Origin: Candidatus Woesearchaeota archaeon
GTDB lineage: Archaea > Nanobdellota > Nanobdellia > SCGC-AAA011-G17 > UBA489
DNA length: 59,735 nucleotides
Direction: 5' to 3'
Assembly (NCBI GenBank): GCA_964390715.1
Contig: CAYMIM010000016.1
Coordinates: 1 to 59,735, forward strand
Below are positions 15,938 to 24,368 of the stretch, in pieces. How positions within the stretch are numbered: position 1 is the stretch's first letter; the number at the start of each line of letters is the position of its first letter. The notes under the pieces are model-generated. The model had not been told where the DNA came from. It did no database searches and saw nothing but the letters and a program-made list of their open reading frames with translations. The translations under genes and the position numbers were made by a program.

Positions 15938-16510
15938 TTAATTGATACCTGGCTTCTTCTTTTCTGCTACTCGTTGCACAACCATAGCAATTCTCTTTTG
16001 TCTTGTTTCTGGTCTTTTTGCTCGTTCGATCCAACGCACATAATATCTTTTGTAGGATGGGGCAAGTGTGTTGAAATACTCTAAGGCTTTTCCCTGCTTC
16101 TTTAAAGCTTCTAGCAAGTCTTGTTGTGGTTCTGGATTCTTTTCTATACCATGATCTATAGGTTTTTGTTTTAATCCCAGTCGATATGCTTTGATTCCTG
16201 CTGGAGCCATCTTTTTTTGCTTGAGCAATTGTTTAGCATAACTTAACGTCGCAGTACTCCATTTTCCTTTTTCTGTTCTTCTTCTAAAACATCTTGCATA
16301 TTTATTCTCGTCAATGCTTTTGATAGTAGTATCGATCCATCCGAAACAGATTGCTTCTTCTAATGATTCTCGATGAGAAATAAATGGGTTACCTGTATGT
16401 CTTTTATGATGTATCAGCCAGATGAACTTCTCTTTTTGATGATTCTTCTTGAGCCAATTTCTCCAATCTTCTCGACTGGTTGGACAAATTGATTTTGTTA
16501 TGGGAGGCAT
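15938..16510 (-). CDS. YdeI/OmpD-associated (OmdA) family protein
   Basis: WRNWLKKNH...EAICFGWIDT...YYVRWIERAKRPETRQKRI is characteristic of the family. The first track start (16528) would overlap the tRNA-Thr 3' end, so ATG 16510 (MPPITK) is preferred. Confidence 0.65.
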   Translation of the reverse strand: MPPITKSICPTSREDWRNWLKKNHQKEKFIWLIHHKRHTGNPFISHRESLEEAICFGWIDTTIKSIDENKYARCFRRRTEKGKWSTATLSYAKQLLKQKKMAPAGIKAYRLGLKQKPIDHGIEKNPEPQQDLLEALKKQGKALEYFNTLAPSYKRYYVRWIERAKRPETRQKRIAMVVQRVAEKKKPGIN

Positions 16511-16522
16511 GTGAAAATAAAA

Positions 16523-16608
16523 AGCCACCGGAGGGATTTGAACCCACGGCCCCCTGTTCTCTTGACGAGATACAAGACAGGAGCTCTACCAGGCTGAGCT
16601 ACAGTGGC
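16523..16608 (-). tRNA. tRNA-Thr(UGU) with 12-nt canonical intron
   Basis: The reverse complement is GCCACTG-TA-GCTC-AGCCTGGTA-GAGC-T-CCTGT-CTTGTA[TCTCGTCAAGAG]A-ACAGG-GGGCC-GTGGG-TTCAAAT-CCCTC-CGGTGGC-T. CTTG pairs with intron CAAG as the BHB central helix. There is one U-U mismatch in the T stem. Confidence 0.75.
16559..16570 (-). other. tRNA-Thr intron (12 nt, position 37/38)
   Basis: The 4-bp helix is C32-U33-U34-G35 paired with intron C7-A8-A9-G10. The 3-nt bulges are UA|U and AG|A. Confidence 0.65.
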
Positions 16609-16649
16609 ATTAGCTACACAGCGATTTATGACGTTTAAAAACCTTATGA

Positions 16650-17738
16650 CTAATCTAAGAAGTCCTGATTCTTAATTTTCTCGGGGAGATACTTGTTTGA
16701 GATAAAACTAATACCTTGAGCAGACAGCGCTTGAATTTCCGCTTTGGCATTGAGCTTCTTGAATGCTTCGAATTCTTTCTGCCATTCTTTGTTGTCTTTG
16801 AACCAATCGTATTCCATAATCTGCTTGAGACGTTTGGTATCATTCTCGTTCAACTGGATCAAATTCTTTCGCAAGCCATACTTGTCAATGTCACCAACAC
16901 GGATACCTAAATATCTAACGCCCGGAATAGCCATGCGCTCTGAGATGTGAGCTAAATTAATAGAGCCGTACTTGATAACGGAATAAATATAGTGACCCCA
17001 CGGATCTAAATCTGTCAAGACATAAATTGGTAATTTGTGTTCTTCATACAATCGCTGCAATAATCTACGAATACCACGAGTAGTCTGCCCTTGTGAACTC
17101 ATGATGATACAATTTTGCTTTTCCCAGAACTTGTCTTCATGCAAACGTTCCCATACAGCAGCTTTCTCCATATAAAGAATGTATTTTACATCTACTTTCT
17201 TGAATTTTAATTCTTCAGTGTTCGAAGGAATACTCCAACCACCAGAACCCATTTTGGACCAATTAATAGTATCTCCACGATCTTCGATAATTACATTACC
17301 AGCAACTGAGCCATTTTTGTTTGCGTTGACATGTAAATTTTCTCTCGATAATGTTGTGATAACCTCTAAATCTTCAATAACGTCATCAGATTCTGTTTGT
17401 TCATCGACTAAGTTAATTTTTGTATTGGGGATAGTTCTTTTAGCCATGTAGAAGACATCTCTTAGAGAAGCATGCTTGCCCTCTTTTGCGAGCTCTATAA
17501 TCTTGGAAGCTACCTCCACAGTTTGCAGGAATTTCTTCGCGTGGGCAACATTAAAGAAAGTACGTTTTGCCATCTTCTTACCTAATACCAGCGTCTTTGA
17601 TTTCTTATCAAACTCAACATTGGATAAACCACGCACTAATAGATTAATTTCTGGATTTTTTCCCGCTTTGATATCACGAACTAATTTTTCACCAAATTCT
17701 TTCAATACTTCTGCTGCAGGTCTTTTCTTTTCGCTCAT
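16650..17738 (-). CDS. top6A: DNA topoisomerase VI subunit A (Spo11-like)
   Basis: It has the expected length, a winged-helix region with catalytic Tyr, and a Toprim motif (YVLTDLDPWGHYIY). ATGA overlap with top6B. Confidence 0.9.
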   Translation of the reverse strand: MSEKKRPAAEVLKEFGEKLVRDIKAGKNPEINLLVRGLSNVEFDKKSKTLVLGKKMAKRTFFNVAHAKKFLQTVEVASKIIELAKEGKHASLRDVFYMAKRTIPNTKINLVDEQTESDDVIEDLEVITTLSRENLHVNANKNGSVAGNVIIEDRGDTINWSKMGSGGWSIPSNTEELKFKKVDVKYILYMEKAAVWERLHEDKFWEKQNCIIMSSQGQTTRGIRRLLQRLYEEHKLPIYVLTDLDPWGHYIYSVIKYGSINLAHISERMAIPGVRYLGIRVGDIDKYGLRKNLIQLNENDTKRLKQIMEYDWFKDNKEWQKEFEAFKKLNAKAEIQALSAQGISFISNKYLPEKIKNQDFLD

Positions 17739-19327
17739 TGCTGTTGCTCCAAAATCAATGGAAGGTCTTTCTTCAAACGTTCTTTAAGCTTTTCTTCTAA
17801 CTCTGTTTTTTTAGCACCTGTGATAGCAGATAACGAAGATGCCAATTCAGGGATATAATTATCGAATAAGGACGCACGCTCTTTTTGCTCTCGCATACGA
17901 ACGGTCTTTCTGACAAAGGCGTAGAGCTTTCTTCCTACTTCTTGGACTGCTAATTTTATTTCTTTAATAATCTCTGGATAATGTGCGATAGCTTCTTTAG
18001 ACTCTGAGGTAAATGGCACCCAGACAGAGACAATATGCACTACAATGACCGCGGGACCAGAAGGGATTCCACCCTTACTTTGATCAAGACCATAATTTCT
18101 CCATACTGTATTAATAATGGAACGAGTCATCGCGCAGGCTGATTGCTGATACTGCAAGGGAACTTTATTAGCGAAACGAACTAGCCTAACTAACTCTTCT
18201 TTAGGTAGAGAACCTCCATAAGCTATCGCAGCTTCTATTTGAAATGGGATACCACGATAGACTGATGGAGAGCGAGTCGTTGAAGCGTAAAATTCCGCTG
18301 GAAATTCTTTCTTTAGTGACGCTGTTAAAATTTCTTCTCCAATTGGACTGAGACAATCTGTAGGAGGAGCCATAATTTTTGTTTCTTGAATAGATTTGAA
18401 TAACTTCTCCGCTTGTTCATGTGTAATATCATCAGGTTTTATTTCTTGAGGCACTTGCGCTTTGTTCAAGATCTCATGCGCGACGTTTGAGGAAACACGA
18501 GAGAATTCATTCGTGAAGAATTGCAAGATAGTTTTCGCTTTTGTTCCCTTCATCATCTGCATTAAGGCACCGAGCTCTACACCATGAGGATGCGGCTGGA
18601 TTTTCTTCGCCTGCGCGGGCATTTGATTTGTCGCGCGCTTGTATCCTATTTTTTCTTTGAGAGGGTTGATGTACATAAATTCCGCGTGTGGATTAGAAAT
18701 AGCGCTTTGTTTCATATATTCGTCGACACTTAATTTTCCTTTCTGGTATTTTCCTTCCAAGTCAATTTCAACACGCGTACCGTGCTGCTTGTTGAGCCAC
18801 TCGATTTCCTTTTCCACAAGCACATCTGGCTCGTTTTTCGCAGTGTCGATACGCAATTGCAAGAAGTTTGCTGGGTGCTTTGCGTCTATACGGGAAGTGA
18901 TATGAGCTGGCTTTCCTGTGGTTAATTGACCATAGAGGATGGATGCTGAAACTCCTATGCCTTGCTGTCCGCGACCTTGCTTCATGGCATGGAACTTGCT
19001 TCCATAAAGCAAACGGGCAAAGACGTTGGGGAGCTGCTCTTTGGTGATTCCTGGACCATTATCCTCGACAATGATCAAGAATTTATTTTCCGCGGTCTGA
19101 CGAATTTCTACTAGAATTTCTGGCAAGACACGCATTTCCTCGCAGGCATCAAGAGCATTGTCCACTAATTCCTTGACTGTCGTTGATAAAGCCTTGAGTG
19201 GATTATCAAAGCCAAGCAAATGTCTGTTCTTGAGAAAAAATTCCGAGACGCTGACTTGCTTTTGCTCTTTTGCTAACTCTTGCGCCTTAATTTTAGTTGT
19301 TTCTCTTTTTTCTTTTGCTTGAGCCAC
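17735..19327 (-). CDS. top6B: DNA topoisomerase VI subunit B (GHKL ATPase)
   Basis: Bergerat-fold motifs ELVDNALDA, DNGPGI and GxxGxG (GQQGIG). GTG start, 23 nt downstream of TTTATAAA (19350-19357). Confidence 0.9.
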   Translation of the reverse strand: MAQAKEKRETTKIKAQELAKEQKQVSVSEFFLKNRHLLGFDNPLKALSTTVKELVDNALDACEEMRVLPEILVEIRQTAENKFLIIVEDNGPGITKEQLPNVFARLLYGSKFHAMKQGRGQQGIGVSASILYGQLTTGKPAHITSRIDAKHPANFLQLRIDTAKNEPDVLVEKEIEWLNKQHGTRVEIDLEGKYQKGKLSVDEYMKQSAISNPHAEFMYINPLKEKIGYKRATNQMPAQAKKIQPHPHGVELGALMQMMKGTKAKTILQFFTNEFSRVSSNVAHEILNKAQVPQEIKPDDITHEQAEKLFKSIQETKIMAPPTDCLSPIGEEILTASLKKEFPAEFYASTTRSPSVYRGIPFQIEAAIAYGGSLPKEELVRLVRFANKVPLQYQQSACAMTRSIINTVWRNYGLDQSKGGIPSGPAVIVVHIVSVWVPFTSESKEAIAHYPEIIKEIKLAVQEVGRKLYAFVRKTVRMREQKERASLFDNYIPELASSLSAITGAKKTELEEKLKERLKKDLPLILEQQQ

Positions 19328-19349
19328 GAATGGGTTCTCTTTTCATGGC

Positions 19350-19357
19350 TTTATAAA
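19350..19357 (-). promoter_or_regulatory. TATA box (TTTATAAA) for top6BA operon
   Basis: The centre lies about 26 nt upstream of GTG 19327. Confidence 0.5.
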
Positions 19358-19370
19358 TTTTACCTGAGAA

Positions 19371-19889
19371 TTAATTTTTCAAATTTCTCATTTGCGATTC
19401 AATAAAATGATAAACATTACCATGCGGCGAGCCATTTAATAACTTTTCAACAGCTTGTCGCGCGATATGCACTTCCTCTACTGTGCCAATTACCGCCGCG
19501 GTTCTTCCAAGCACCGCGATATAAGTGTTAGTCAATTTTTCCAACATCATTCTCGCTTTCCCTCCTGTACCTATGACTCTTGCGCGAATGCGCTGCATTC
19601 TCGCTTTGGAATCTTTGGAGAAATCACGCAAGTCTATAATCTCCAAATGGAAATTATCTTTCGCCAATAACATAGCGATTTCAGGATTGAAGCCCCGAGC
19701 TATCGCCCGAACAATGGGTGTCGCGATAAAAGTATTAAAGCTATCTTCCGCAGTTATGTATACTTCCCCTTCTTTAGTGACCCGTATCTTTGTCTTTGTT
19801 TTCTGCTGAATCGCACGCTTAGTCTCTCCCTTTTTCCCAATTAAGACAGCCATACGCTCTTTTGGTATCTTTATTTCTTCTTCGAACAT
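19371..19889 (-). CDS. KH-domain RNA-binding protein (aDim2/Pno1-like)
   Basis: Two KH modules with GxxG loops (IGKKGETKR, IGTGGKARM), of typical archaeal Dim2p size. Confidence 0.75.
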   Translation of the reverse strand: MFEEEIKIPKERMAVLIGKKGETKRAIQQKTKTKIRVTKEGEVYITAEDSFNTFIATPIVRAIARGFNPEIAMLLAKDNFHLEIIDLRDFSKDSKARMQRIRARVIGTGGKARMMLEKLTNTYIAVLGRTAAVIGTVEEVHIARQAVEKLLNGSPHGNVYHFIESQMRNLKN

Positions 19890-19890
19890 G

Positions 19891-20235
19891 TTAGAATTCT
19901 TGGAACTCTTCCAATTGCTTTAGATATCCATTTCTCTGCAACCAACCGACTTGTGTTTGCTTATATTTGAATATAATGTCACCTTTTTCATCGCCACCTA
20001 ATTCCCAAGGCTCTACCAGCAGCGTGTCTCCTTCCTGCACCCATATTTTTCTCTTTAAGCGACCAGGAATTCTACAGATTCTTGTTTTTCCATCCAAGCA
20101 ACGAACCCGCATGCGAGAAGCACCTAGACGCTGATCGAGAATGCCCAAAGTTTCTTTATCCCTTGGCAGACGAACACGCCTGATTTCTTCAGCAATTTGC
20201 TGTTGCCTTTCTAATTCTTCTTTCTTTCGTGACAT
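19891..20235 (-). CDS. eif1a: Translation initiation factor aIF-1A
   Basis: The S1/OB core reads [50 protein letters not shown] box lies at 20262-20269. Confidence 0.9.
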   Translation of the reverse strand: MSRKKEELERQQQIAEEIRRVRLPRDKETLGILDQRLGASRMRVRCLDGKTRICRIPGRLKRKIWVQEGDTLLVEPWELGGDEKGDIIFKYKQTQVGWLQRNGYLKQLEEFQEF

Positions 20236-20261
20236 AGATATTTTAAGAACGAGATAGGCAA

Positions 20262-20269
20262 TTTATAAA
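20262..20269 (-). promoter_or_regulatory. TATA box (TTTATAAA) for aIF-1A/KH genes
   Basis: The 14-mer tttataaaggtatt is identical to the one upstream of tbp (28681-28694). It lies about 30 nt upstream of ATG 20235. Confidence 0.5.
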
Positions 20270-20284
20270 GGTATTGCTCTTTCG

Positions 20285-22609
20285 CTATTTCAAGAGCGTA
20301 AATACGTAATAGAGGATAATCAGCATCAAGAGAACTAACCCTATGTTTATTGCTAAAAGTCCCGCTGTCATTGTTCTTCCACATTTTCCTTCCTCGCATC
20401 TGCCTACTTTACATTCATAAGCATCCGCGCATGTTTCCCCATTTTTTTTCAAGGGAACTAGAAGCCCTGATTTACCACAATATAATGTACCTACGAGTGT
20501 GCCAAAGGTAAGACAATTTTTCTTTCCTTTTTCCAAAGTTTGCCAGCACCCATTACAAGACTCTTCCTGCTTTTCTTGAGGAGCACAAATCTTTGGGCAA
20601 GGACCTCCACAATCAGCGCCTTCTTCTCCTTGATTTTTTATACCGTCGTTACAAGTTGGACACGCACCACATGAACCACCACAATCAATGCCTGTCTCAT
20701 CGCTGTCTTGTTTTCCGTTTGTACATTGCGTTTCTTTTGACTCTTCTACTTTCGTTTGGATTTTTACTCCTGTGCCCACATCAAGAACTACTTTCCCAAA
20801 AAGCTGAGACTGTGGATAATCTATAGTTAATGTATCTGCCTTGTCTGCGCTTGAAAGCAAATCAACACGAACTCCATAATTTGACAACCCTAGTATATGA
20901 CTAGCTCCGGACTTTACTGTAGTCAAACTTCCGACAGTTTCCGAAAGACCTACAAGCGTTGTTTGTGATGTCTGTATGGTGAACGTGAGCGTCTCAGAAG
21001 TTGTCGATTCATCGAATTGACTGCCATCAGTTGTTAATGTAAGATCATATGGCGCCACTGGACTGTTTGTCGCTCCTGGATCAAGAATGCCTCCTCCTTT
21101 AGTGATAATATCCATAGCATCTGTGTTTGAGACATCGCCATCACCGTTGAGATCGATCGCTAAGCGGTTTGGTGATGCCTCTTCAATATAAAATTTTGTG
21201 GTTATAGATCCTATAGATAGTGTTCCTTCTCCCAAAGTACCGGCATTTGATGAATTACTGTAACTAAATGTTTTTTGAGAACCACCGACTTCAGTAAAGA
21301 TGATAGTATTTGTCTCGTTATTTACTGAATCGTAGGTTAGGACATAGGTTTTTCCATTTTTAGCGTTTGCTGTGGTTAAGACGAAGTAATCATTTCTCTC
21401 TATGCCGAAATCTGTTGCGCTTGCTCCTTCAACGATGAAAAGATCTCTAGTACTCTCTCCTAACTTAAAAGTAGAACCTTTATTTGAAATAAAAGGAATG
21501 CTAATCTGTTTATCTTCACTTGAAGTAAATTCTAACCTATACTCGTCATCTGCATTTGCAGGGACAAGCTTTATTTTGCTTACAGATGTTGATTCAAGAC
21601 CTGTAAAACGAATATCCCAATCCGCAATCATCCCTTGTGATTCCTTCAAAGATTTTTTTACTCCTTCTCCAGCTTTTACATATACTGCGATTGGATTAGT
21701 CAAGCGATATTTTATTGAGGCTATCTTAAACACATCTCCGACCAGTGATGCCGCGACTTTAACAAACCCATTCTCAATCTTCACCTTGTTGAGACTAACA
21801 TCTCTTGTAAATGTATCATCTTCATAATTTTCATCTGTTATTTCTAGGACGCTGGCACCGATAAAGAACTTGACACCACTTCCCTTAGGATCATTACTGT
21901 TAGGGATTACGTCACTAACTCCTATAAAGATTCCTGCGTCCATATTCGCTATTTCTCCTTTCTTCAATTGCTGTATCTCCTTACCATCTACTTTAAACTT
22001 GACACTTTTTGTCGCTAGCTCTATGCTTGTGATCTCGATTTCATAGGCTTTTTCCCCGAGTGTATACACTTTCTTTTCTTGCTGACGCAACAAGTCATTA
22101 ATCGCCCCTTTTGCGAGCACTAGATGAATTTCACGATTTTCCACCAAAGAATCAATGATAGTATACTCATCATTCAGGAAAGATATCTTAACATCATCCA
22201 ATCCATCGAGACGTGTTGCTGTTATTTTACTCTTTAAGCCTTCATCAAAAGTAATATGCCATTCAAAGAACGCATCAGTTACTGCAGTTCCTGGATTGAA
22301 CACTAAAAATTCCCCTACTTCATCCGTATCTGTTGATCTGGTAAATCTTATAGATGATGTATTTAATGCTGTAGTTACATCTCTAAATCGCAAGAATTGC
22401 GCGTATTTTGTTACTCCTTCCTTTGTGCTGACTGATCCTGCTTTTATATCGCCGAGCTGCGCTGTTGTTACGGCTTCAAGAACATCTCCCATCGCTTCAC
22501 CAACACCCATCTTATCTGTTGCTCCTTTGAAGTCGAATGAGCCCGCGGCAACAAGAGCAATACCTAAGAGCAAAAACATTACTGGAGTCAGAATTACTTT
22601 TTTCATCAT
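20285..22609 (-). CDS. Secreted surface (S-layer-like) protein with Cys-rich stalk and C-terminal TM anchor
   Basis: ATG-ATG at 22604-22609 follows AGAGGT. It has a signal peptide MMKKVILTPVMFLLLGIALVAAG and a beta-rich Thr/Ser-rich body. The C terminus has two DCGGxC motifs, further Cys pairs and the TM segment LLAINIGLVLLMLIILYYVF. Confidence 0.7.
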   Translation of the reverse strand: MMKKVILTPVMFLLLGIALVAAGSFDFKGATDKMGVGEAMGDVLEAVTTAQLGDIKAGSVSTKEGVTKYAQFLRFRDVTTALNTSSIRFTRSTDTDEVGEFLVFNPGTAVTDAFFEWHITFDEGLKSKITATRLDGLDDVKISFLNDEYTIIDSLVENREIHLVLAKGAINDLLRQQEKKVYTLGEKAYEIEITSIELATKSVKFKVDGKEIQQLKKGEIANMDAGIFIGVSDVIPNSNDPKGSGVKFFIGASVLEITDENYEDDTFTRDVSLNKVKIENGFVKVAASLVGDVFKIASIKYRLTNPIAVYVKAGEGVKKSLKESQGMIADWDIRFTGLESTSVSKIKLVPANADDEYRLEFTSSEDKQISIPFISNKGSTFKLGESTRDLFIVEGASATDFGIERNDYFVLTTANAKNGKTYVLTYDSVNNETNTIIFTEVGGSQKTFSYSNSSNAGTLGEGTLSIGSITTKFYIEEASPNRLAIDLNGDGDVSNTDAMDIITKGGGILDPGATNSPVAPYDLTLTTDGSQFDESTTSETLTFTIQTSQTTLVGLSETVGSLTTVKSGASHILGLSNYGVRVDLLSSADKADTLTIDYPQSQLFGKVVLDVGTGVKIQTKVEESKETQCTNGKQDSDETGIDCGGSCGACPTCNDGIKNQGEEGADCGGPCPKICAPQEKQEESCNGCWQTLEKGKKNCLTFGTLVGTLYCGKSGLLVPLKKNGETCADAYECKVGRCEEGKCGRTMTAGLLAINIGLVLLMLIILYYVFTLLK

Positions 22610-22651
22610 ACCTCTTTTCTCATTTCTCAAAGTTTCAATTCTTTATATAAT

Positions 22652-22960
22652 TTACTGTTTTAAGCGGAAAAGGACTGTCGCGCGATACAGAACAACGCCC
22701 GTCTGCCTATCTAGCTTATTTATTTTTTTTGAGATAGTAAGCTTTCCGTCAAATCTATCATTCAGTTTCTTACCCAAGGCTCTCGCGAAACGCTGCGATG
22801 AGAGAAAAAAATCCACTCCTGTTTTCAACTCCTCTGTTCTAGTGAGGAATACATCTTTTCTTTTTCCTACTTCAGCCACTATGAATTGCAATACTTCCTG
22901 CTTGAAGGGGCGCAACTGAATAATCGCCTCGTAATAGTTATTATGTGTAGGCTTGCGCAT
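22652..22960 (-). CDS. Short NMD3-family-like protein
   Basis: YYEAIIQLRP...FLSSQRFARALGKKL resembles the NMD3 N-terminal domain core without the Cys4 clusters. ATG 22960; the track start 22969 is GTG. It overlaps the upstream stop by 20 nt. Confidence 0.45.
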   Translation of the reverse strand: MRKPTHNNYYEAIIQLRPFKQEVLQFIVAEVGKRKDVFLTRTEELKTGVDFFLSSQRFARALGKKLNDRFDGKLTISKKINKLDRQTGVVLYRATVLFRLKQ

Positions 22961-23228
22961 GTGGCACACCCGCTATCAGTTTAATATTCTCTTTGGTAAT
23001 AATACCCAATTTAATTCCCAAATTGACTGCCTCTCCCCCCATCATATTCACATTTGTTGCCTGTTTCAGCAGTGGTTTTATTTTTGTACTATTCATTTTT
23101 TCTCCCTTATAGAAATGCTCTGAGATTTTTACTTGATATTTTTCATCTTTCAATGTTTTTCCAAGAAGATTTTCATCACAGATCGCAAGAACATCACCAT
23201 TTTGTGATTTGTGCAGCTTGACGTACAT
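22941..23228 (-). CDS. DUF424 family protein
   Basis: VLAICDENLLGK...FYKGE...NMMGGEAV...IAGVPHAQ matches the conserved archaeal DUF424 pattern. Confidence 0.6.
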   Translation of the reverse strand: MYVKLHKSQNGDVLAICDENLLGKTLKDEKYQVKISEHFYKGEKMNSTKIKPLLKQATNVNMMGGEAVNLGIKLGIITKENIKLIAGVPHAQAYT

Positions 23229-23229
23229 G

Positions 23230-23640
23230 TTATCTTCCTTTTACTGGTTGTTTTGCTCCACACGCCGTACATTTCATGAATGTTACGCGGTCCTCTTTTA
23301 GCAGCTGAGTATCTGGCTTACCACATTCCCTACAAAGCACAAGATCCTTGCAGAACTGTGTTATCTTCGCGTTGATCAATTGTGAAGCTAACTTTCTCCC
23401 TAATACGAGGCGTGGACCATCGAGGACAGCTGGTGTCGCTAGTTCGCGCTGGATATATTTTAAAAGCTCGCTCGGATCACGACGAATGACTGAACAAATT
23501 TGACTAAAATTAGTTATGACTGTTTTCACACCTTGGATATGCCCTGTCACCTTAGGTATTTCAAAACGTTCCGCGCTTGTTTTTACTTCTGGCAGGTGTT
23601 CTTTCGCTTTTTTAAGTAGTTCTATGTAGTTGAATTCCAT
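23230..23640 (-). CDS. eif2b: Translation initiation factor aIF-2 beta subunit
   Basis: The C-terminal zinc ribbon CRECGKPDT...CTACGA and its size (136 aa) are typical. Confidence 0.85.
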   Translation of the reverse strand: MEFNYIELLKKAKEHLPEVKTSAERFEIPKVTGHIQGVKTVITNFSQICSVIRRDPSELLKYIQRELATPAVLDGPRLVLGRKLASQLINAKITQFCKDLVLCRECGKPDTQLLKEDRVTFMKCTACGAKQPVKGR

Positions 23641-23681
23641 AGAGGAAACCGCGGATTAGACCTATTTAAACCTTCTCTTGC

Positions 23682-24368
23682 TTAAATGATTTTGAGCACT
23701 CCTGGACGTGACATATAGATTTCACCTTCTTTAATGAGCTCCTCGATTATTTTCTCAGCCGCTTCCTCTTCTGTTTCTGAAGTTTGAATAAGCATATCAA
23801 TATCCATGCCCAGCTCTCCTTGACTTTCCAGTACATTAAGTATTTTTTGTCTCGCGATCTCATTTCCTGACAATGGAGCATGTGTCGCGATAAGCTCTTC
23901 ACGCGTCTCACGATTATTTGGCTCTACTATTATTTGAGGAATTTGTTTTTTTGGCAAGACATTTCCCCTCATCTGCACCAGCTCCGCTTTCCTGACTTTC
24001 ATCCACGCAGCATTCCCTAATTTTTTTACAATTTCCGGCACAAGGTAAATTTCATTTTGATATTGTTTTGGTCTGCCAATAACTAAAATGGAATCTCCTA
24101 TATTTAATCCAGCTACTACTTTGACATCTTCCTTGAACGCGCGAATCGCGATCTGCGCACTACCATCTTCAATAGTTATTGTCGCGTAATCAACTGTCGC
24201 GTTGGTAAATACTTCGGTAATTGTTCCAAGAATATTGACGCGAGCTACCTTCACTCCCTTTACATCCAAGTAATTAGGCTCCCATTCACCCTCTTCACGA
24301 ATATAGTCAGCGTCAACTATTTCCGCTATCCAGAGTTTGTAGGCAGTCTGACGGCCTTGCATGGTCAT
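23682..24368 (-). CDS. OB-fold nucleic-acid-binding protein with C-terminal winged helix (RPA32/Stn1-like)
   Basis: The OB core reads VARVNILGTITEVF...ITIEDGSAQIAIRAF...GDSILVIGRP. The acidic wH-like tail is EEAAEKIIEELIKEGEIY. ATGA overlap with the mcm stop. Confidence 0.55.
   Translation of the reverse strand: MTMQGRQTAYKLWIAEIVDADYIREEGEWEPNYLDVKGVKVARVNILGTITEVFTNATVDYATITIEDGSAQIAIRAFKEDVKVVAGLNIGDSILVIGRPKQYQNEIYLVPEIVKKLGNAAWMKVRKAELVQMRGNVLPKKQIPQIIVEPNNRETREELIATHAPLSGNEIARQKILNVLESQGELGMDIDMLIQTSETEEEAAEKIIEELIKEGEIYMSRPGVLKII

Noticed and set aside
20211-20399. 62-aa minus-strand ORF bridging the aIF-1A start and the end of the surface-protein gene
   Set aside because: It overlaps the aIF-1A promoter and TATA box and the 3' end of the 774-aa gene in another frame, with no independent signal.
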